56,409 nt of DNA. It comes from a virus (Duplodnaviria; Heunggongvirae; Uroviricota; Caudoviricetes). The DNA lies in IMG/VR virus record IMGVR_UViG_2617270940_000006, one strand, 5' to 3'. Under the pieces are notes generated by a model that was not told where the DNA came from, searched no databases, and saw nothing but the letters and a program-made list of their open reading frames with translations. Below, in pieces: positions 51,927 to 56,409 of this stretch. Positions within the stretch are counted from its first letter, which is position 1, and every line of letters begins with the position of its first letter. The translations under genes and the position numbers were made by a program.

Positions 51927-52155
51927 GGCAACGTTATTATGGGAGCTTTCGAGATTTTGCCATCGTGATGAAAAAACTTCAAAAAGGCCAGACGGTTATG
52001 TTTCACAAGCCATACCCTTCAGGAGGAAATCCCGTAGCGTTTTATCTTGGAAGGCTAACCAGAAAAGGCTTATTGAATCGCAGATCCTTCCCCGCGCATA
52101 CGGAGTTCAGATTGAAAGATGGTCAAAAGTTAACACACGATATCAGAGGTGTTAT

Positions 52156-54072
52156 ATGAAGTTTTTAAAGCTCCAGGTTGAAAATTTTATGGCAATCGCC
52201 AGCGCAGAAGTCGAGTTAGACCAGCGTGGACTGGTGCTGATCCAGGGTGTGAACAGTGGCGATACGTCTGCTGCCAGCAATGGCGCCGGGAAATCCACTC
52301 TGATGAATAGCTTAATGTGGTGTCTGTATGGTGAGACTGCACATGGCGTCAAAGGCGATGACGTGCTGTCGACGGGCCATGAGAAGAACTGCCGTGTGAT
52401 GGTTACAGTTGAAGACGAAGGTAAGAAATACGCGATCATTCGCCATCGTAAACACAAAGAGTTCAAGAACCGACTAATCGTCCGTGGTGAAGACGGTGAT
52501 ATGACCAAAGGCAAGGACACGCTGACACAGACGTTCGTAGAACGTCTGATTGGGGCATCGAAAGAGGTGTTCATGGCGTCCATCTACGCCAGTCAGGAAG
52601 CGATGCCAGATCTGCCCGGTATGTCCGACAAGAGCCTCAAAACCATCGTTGAAGAAGCTGCTGGCGTCGACCGATTGACGCGAGCCTATGCCATTGCCCG
52701 CGAGCGTGCTAATGCAGCTGCCGCACGTATGGACGTTACCAAATCCAAAATGGACGCCTGTCTCACGCTTATCGAGACTGCACAGTCAGAGATTGAGGCG
52801 GCCAAAGCGTCCTCTGAAAGCTGGGAGCGCGATCGCGGCGAGCGTCTGGACAAGGCCCGAGCCGATTTGGCTGGCGCGGAGGTAACACTGTCTGAAGTCG
52901 AGATGGAAATTCGCTCGCTGCCGGAACAGATCCGTGATACGGAAAACGCGATTGCTGGCGAACGCAGCAAGCTGGCCTCCAAAGAAGAGCATGACGCCAA
53001 ACTGCTGAAGGTGCGCAGTGCTATTACTGAGATCCGCTCAAGCATCCGTACTTCAGAAGCGGCACAGAACGAGTCGATAAACCGTGCTCGCTCGTTTAAA
53101 ACCAAAGCTGAAGAGGTCAGCACAAAGATCGGGGCACCCTGCATTACGTGCGGAAAGCCCTACTGCGAAGAAGATTTATCCACGGTGAAGGAGAGCTTCA
53201 TTGAACAAGCGCGCAATGAGATCGGCCTTGCGCAGACATCAGCAGCGGCAGTGGCTCAACACAAGGCTCGTCTTGAGAAAGCGCTCGGTATCGAGTCTGC
53301 ACTGGTCGCAGCCACACCCGACGTCTCAGAAATCATCTCCACAATAGAACGCCTGACCAATGAGCTAAGTGCGCTGCGTCATCGCGAACGTGAAGTTGTG
53401 GCCGTCGAAGCGATGGTTGCGCGGGCGCGTACTGAAGTGAATCGCATCATGGCGGAAGCAAACCCATTTCTGGCCGTTATTAAGCGCCATGAAGACAACC
53501 TGGCTGCCAATAAATCTAATCATGCAGTACTTAAAAATGAGTTAAAGAGCATTCAGGAACAGGCTCTGTTGCTGGAGAAGGCCCGCCAGGTTTACTCCCC
53601 AGCAGGCGTGCGTTCACACATCCTGACCTCCGTTACGCCTTTCCTGAACATCAGGACTGCGGAGTATCTCAACACGCTGTCGGACGGCAATATCGTTGCC
53701 GAATGGTCGACAATGGAGACAACGAAGAAAGGTGAGTATCGCGACAAATTCAATATCAGCGTAATCAAAACAGGCTCCAGCAAATCCTTCCAGACTTTGT
53801 CTGGTGGTGAGAAGCGTAAGGTACGTATTGCGTGCTCTCTGGCTTTGCAGGATCTGGTTGCCAGTCGCGCCAGTAAGAATATCGAGCTATTTATCGGTGA
53901 TGAAATTGACGACGCGCTCGACACAGCCGGTCTGGAGCGTCTCATGGGGATTCTGGAAGCCAAAGCGCGTGAACGTGGCACAGTGATGATCATCTCCCAC
54001 AAAGAGATGAAATCGTGGTTCCGGGAAATTATCACTGTCGAAGTTAAAGAGGGGCGCAGCTATGTCGTTTAA
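52156..54072 (+). CDS. SbcC/Rad50-like ATPase
   Basis: Walker A (GAGKST), central coiled coil with CxxC zinc hook (CITCGKPYC), signature LSGGEKRK, Walker B (LFIGDEIDDALD). Start set at MKFLKLQ with an RBS. Confidence 0.85.
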   Translation: MKFLKLQVENFMAIASAEVELDQRGLVLIQGVNSGDTSAASNGAGKSTLMNSLMWCLYGETAHGVKGDDVLSTGHEKNCRVMVTVEDEGKKYAIIRHRKHKEFKNRLIVRGEDGDMTKGKDTLTQTFVERLIGASKEVFMASIYASQEAMPDLPGMSDKSLKTIVEEAAGVDRLTRAYAIARERANAAAARMDVTKSKMDACLTLIETAQSEIEAAKASSESWERDRGERLDKARADLAGAEVTLSEVEMEIRSLPEQIRDTENAIAGERSKLASKEEHDAKLLKVRSAITEIRSSIRTSEAAQNESINRARSFKTKAEEVSTKIGAPCITCGKPYCEEDLSTVKESFIEQARNEIGLAQTSAAAVAQHKARLEKALGIESALVAATPDVSEIISTIERLTNELSALRHREREVVAVEAMVARARTEVNRIMAEANPFLAVIKRHEDNLAANKSNHAVLKNELKSIQEQALLLEKARQVYSPAGVRSHILTSVTPFLNIRTAEYLNTLSDGNIVAEWSTMETTKKGEYRDKFNISVIKTGSSKSFQTLSGGEKRKVRIACSLALQDLVASRASKNIELFIGDEIDDALDTAGLERLMGILEAKARERGTVMIISHKEMKSWFREIITVEVKEGRSYVV

Positions 54073-54808
54073 CTTGAGCCGCACGCAGTTTTTGCAGATG
54101 TTTGCCGTGATGCAGTCTATAAAGCTGATAAACAACCATACAGCAAAAGTAACTCCGCCTGCACTTTTGTGGAAAAACGTAAACATCAGCGATGACCAGT
54201 TCTCGGTATTAACCAATCTATTGTCATCGACTCCTTTGATGCCGAGCTTGGCTAATCTGCCGTCAGGAAGCACTGCGCCGATCCTTATTAATCCATTTAC
54301 GGAAGGTGGATATCTCCCACATTCTGGGCCGGGGTTCGTTGTGATTCCTGAAACCGGAACGCTGAACATCCAAGAAAATGCACTCTTCAATGCAATGGAG
54401 ACGCACATCAGCACCGCATTCACTAATCTGATTCGACACGCTAACGCACGCGCGGATCACGTTGCAATGCCGGGTGCTGCCTTCGCCAGCTTCTCTGTTG
54501 ACTATGACCGGCACGCGCCAATTTCAAAGCGGGCGAAACTCTGCTTTTACGAGGAGGGATGTGAAGTAGCGATTATTGAAGTTCTTCTCCCCCATGTATT
54601 CAGCGCGAATGAAACGGCTGCACACCATCTGATCGACATCATGCGGCATTTCATCGGCCAGAGCATGATCGATGCAGACATTGCTGCAGGCGTTCTAACC
54701 AACGATAGCATTCACGTTGTTAGCGACATTCCGAAGCCGCCAACTCGAGAGCCGGAAAAGACACTTGAACAGAAACTAATGGAATGCCCAACCTGGGCTA
54801 CGTGGTAA
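54062..54808 (+). CDS. Hypothetical protein
   Basis: 248-aa ORF whose start overlaps the sbcC-like stop. Confidence 0.45.
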   Translation: MSFNLSRTQFLQMFAVMQSIKLINNHTAKVTPPALLWKNVNISDDQFSVLTNLLSSTPLMPSLANLPSGSTAPILINPFTEGGYLPHSGPGFVVIPETGTLNIQENALFNAMETHISTAFTNLIRHANARADHVAMPGAAFASFSVDYDRHAPISKRAKLCFYEEGCEVAIIEVLLPHVFSANETAAHHLIDIMRHFIGQSMIDADIAAGVLTNDSIHVVSDIPKPPTREPEKTLEQKLMECPTWATW

Positions 54809-54819
54809 GGAGACCAAAA

Positions 54820-55560
54820 GTGAGAGGAAGAGCGACAAAATTAAGAAAAGATGCGAAACCTATCAATCCCGACGATTTCGACGGAAATTTCATTAGAGAG
54901 TTGGAGCCAATATTTGATTCAAGGGGGCGTAAGCGCCGAATTGTTGAGCTTGAATGCTTTATCTGCGGTCATCGATTCTCTGCAAACCTTGAGAACGCGA
55001 AGCGAGTCAGACAGAAGACCTGCTCAAACAAATGTGCCGGAATATATCGCCAGAACGCAGAATATAAAGTCATGGAAAACCCTCTGTACTGGACTTGGTC
55101 AAGTATGAAGGCGCGTTGTAACAATCCAAATCGGGCAAGATACGAAAAGTATGGTGGACGGGGAATATCTTACGCCACCGAGTTCGAGGATTTTGATAAT
55201 TTTTACAGGTATGTTTCCGTACTTGAGAGCTATCCGTTTTCCGATACGGAGAGAGTTGTAGAGGGGGTTACGCTTGATCGCATCGACTCCAGCAAGGGAT
55301 ATGAACCAGGGAATCTGAGGTGGGCTGACAAGCACGTCCAGAGTGCAAATAAACAAGGGAAAGTGGATGGTAGTACGTCGAAGTTTACTGGCGTTCATTA
55401 CTGCAAAACGAACAAGGTTTGGGTTGCTAGAGTTGTGTGGAAAGGAGAGTGTGTCTTCTTGTATCAATGTCACGATGAATTGGAGGCTTACTTAGCGCGT
55501 AAGCGATTTATCGAAGAGCACAATCTACCGCATTTTGTTGAAATGGAGGTCACAGAGTGA
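54820..55560 (+). CDS. DNA-binding protein with zinc-ribbon and AP2-like domains
   Basis: CxxC...C segment, WSSMKARCNNPN...YGGRGI block and C-terminal AP2-like segment (GVHYCKTNKVWVARV); GTG start after AAGGAG. An upstream ATG at 54784 is an alternative start. Confidence 0.4.
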   Translation: MRGRATKLRKDAKPINPDDFDGNFIRELEPIFDSRGRKRRIVELECFICGHRFSANLENAKRVRQKTCSNKCAGIYRQNAEYKVMENPLYWTWSSMKARCNNPNRARYEKYGGRGISYATEFEDFDNFYRYVSVLESYPFSDTERVVEGVTLDRIDSSKGYEPGNLRWADKHVQSANKQGKVDGSTSKFTGVHYCKTNKVWVARVVWKGECVFLYQCHDELEAYLARKRFIEEHNLPHFVEMEVTE

Positions 55561-55988
55561 AAAAAGTAATCAAAGTTGCAGGTCTCGATCCATCTCTGTC
55601 AAATTTTGGCGTTGCCATCGGAGAAATAGAACTGGATTCAGGTGCATTGCAGGTCAATAAGTTGCATCTCATTGAGACGAAAGCTGGTGATACGAAAAAG
55701 CAAGTTCGCGTTAACAGTGACGATATGCGGCGGTTGAACGAGATTTGGCGTGGTATTAAGCCACTGATTGACCAAGTTCATTTAGTGTTCTGTGAACTGC
55801 CAGTAGGCAGTCAATCTGCTAGAGCGATGGTTTCTTATGGTGGTTGTCTTGGCGTACTGGCGTGTGTGGATAAGCCACTGATACAGGTCACGCCAAACGA
55901 GATTAAGTACTATGTCGGGAATAAGCTGACTACGTCGAAAGAAGAGATCATTCAGTGGGCTACGCAGGTAATGACTCCAACTTATTGA
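55557..55988 (+). pseudogene. RuvC-like Holliday-junction resolvase, 3' end replaced by IS1
   Basis: N-terminal GLDPSLSNFGVAIGE and internal blocks collinear with the RuvC family; the last 7 codons and stop lie inside the IS1 terminal repeat. Confidence 0.6.
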
Positions 55989-56409
55989 TAGTGTTTTATG
56001 TTCAGATAATGCCCGATGACTTTGTCATGCAGCTCCACCGATTTTGAGAACGACAGCGACTTCCGTCCCAGCCGTGCCAGGTGCTGCCTCAGATTCAGGT
56101 TATGCCGCTCAATTCGCTGCGTATATCGCTTGCTGATTACGTGCAGCTTTCCCTTCAGGCGGGATTCATACAGCGGCCAGCCATCCGTCATCCATATCAC
56201 CACGTCAAAGGGTGACAGCAGGCTCATAAGACGCCCCAGCGTCGCCATCGTGCGTTCACCGAATACGTGCGCAACAACCGTCTTCCGGAGCCTGTCATAC
56301 GCGTAAAACAGCCAGCGCTGGCGCGATTTAGCCCCGACGTATCCCCACTGTTCGTCCATTTCCGCGCAGACGATGACGTCACTGCCCGGCTGTATGCGCG
56401 AGGTTACCG
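55967..56409 (-). mobile_element. IS1, partial (continues beyond the window)
   Basis: GGTAATGACTCCAACTTATTGATAGTGTTTTATG matches the recalled IS1 end; InsB reading frame present. Confidence 0.95.
55982..56359 (-). CDS. insB: IS1 transposase InsB reading frame
   Basis: [88 protein letters not shown] matches recalled IS1 InsB. Confidence 0.9.
   Translation of the reverse strand: MDEQWGYVGAKSRQRWLFYAYDRLRKTVVAHVFGERTMATLGRLMSLLSPFDVVIWMTDGWPLYESRLKGKLHVISKRYTQRIERHNLNLRQHLARLGRKSLSFSKSVELHDKVIGHYLNIKHYQ

Noticed and set aside
51910-52155. Upstream extension of the sbcC-like ORF
   Set aside because: The true start with an RBS is at 52156 (MKFLKLQ). The extension overlaps a possible separate small ORF at 51968-52159, which I could not support well enough to list.

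Overview
This 56.4-kb window reads as the backbone of a phage-plasmid that combines P1-type maintenance functions with a T4-type replication and recombination module, heavily decorated with insertion sequences and cargo. All calls are from reading the sequence and the ORF track; no searches were run, and family names rest on recalled motifs and recalled P1/IS sequences. Backbone: P1-like RepA flanked by iteron arrays (47.4-49.7 kb), P1-like phd-doc, a small ParA partition pair, and a mostly plus-strand module with DnaB-like helicase, DnaG-like primase, ATP-dependent ligase, a VWA/AAA+ pair, a Pol III alpha-like polymerase, gp32-like SSB, 5'-3' exonuclease, a RecA/UvsX-like recombinase split by a LAGLIDADG intein, SbcCD-like nuclease and a RuvC-like resolvase. 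It also carries a tRNA-Asn and a tyrosine recombinase beside a perfect 35-bp palindrome. Cargo: a GNAT toxin/antitoxin pair, a free-standing GIY-YIG nuclease, a chaperone-usher fimbrial operon, and an IS-bounded type I restriction-modification island with an extra embedded gene. IS2, an internally deleted IS2-like element, IS1 and IS3-family fragments are present, and several interrupt backbone genes. Two families of palindromic intergenic motifs recur upstream of backbone genes. No single new multi-gene system could be established; the strongest candidates are the intein, the hsd-embedded gene, the recombinase/palindrome pair and the recurrent motifs.
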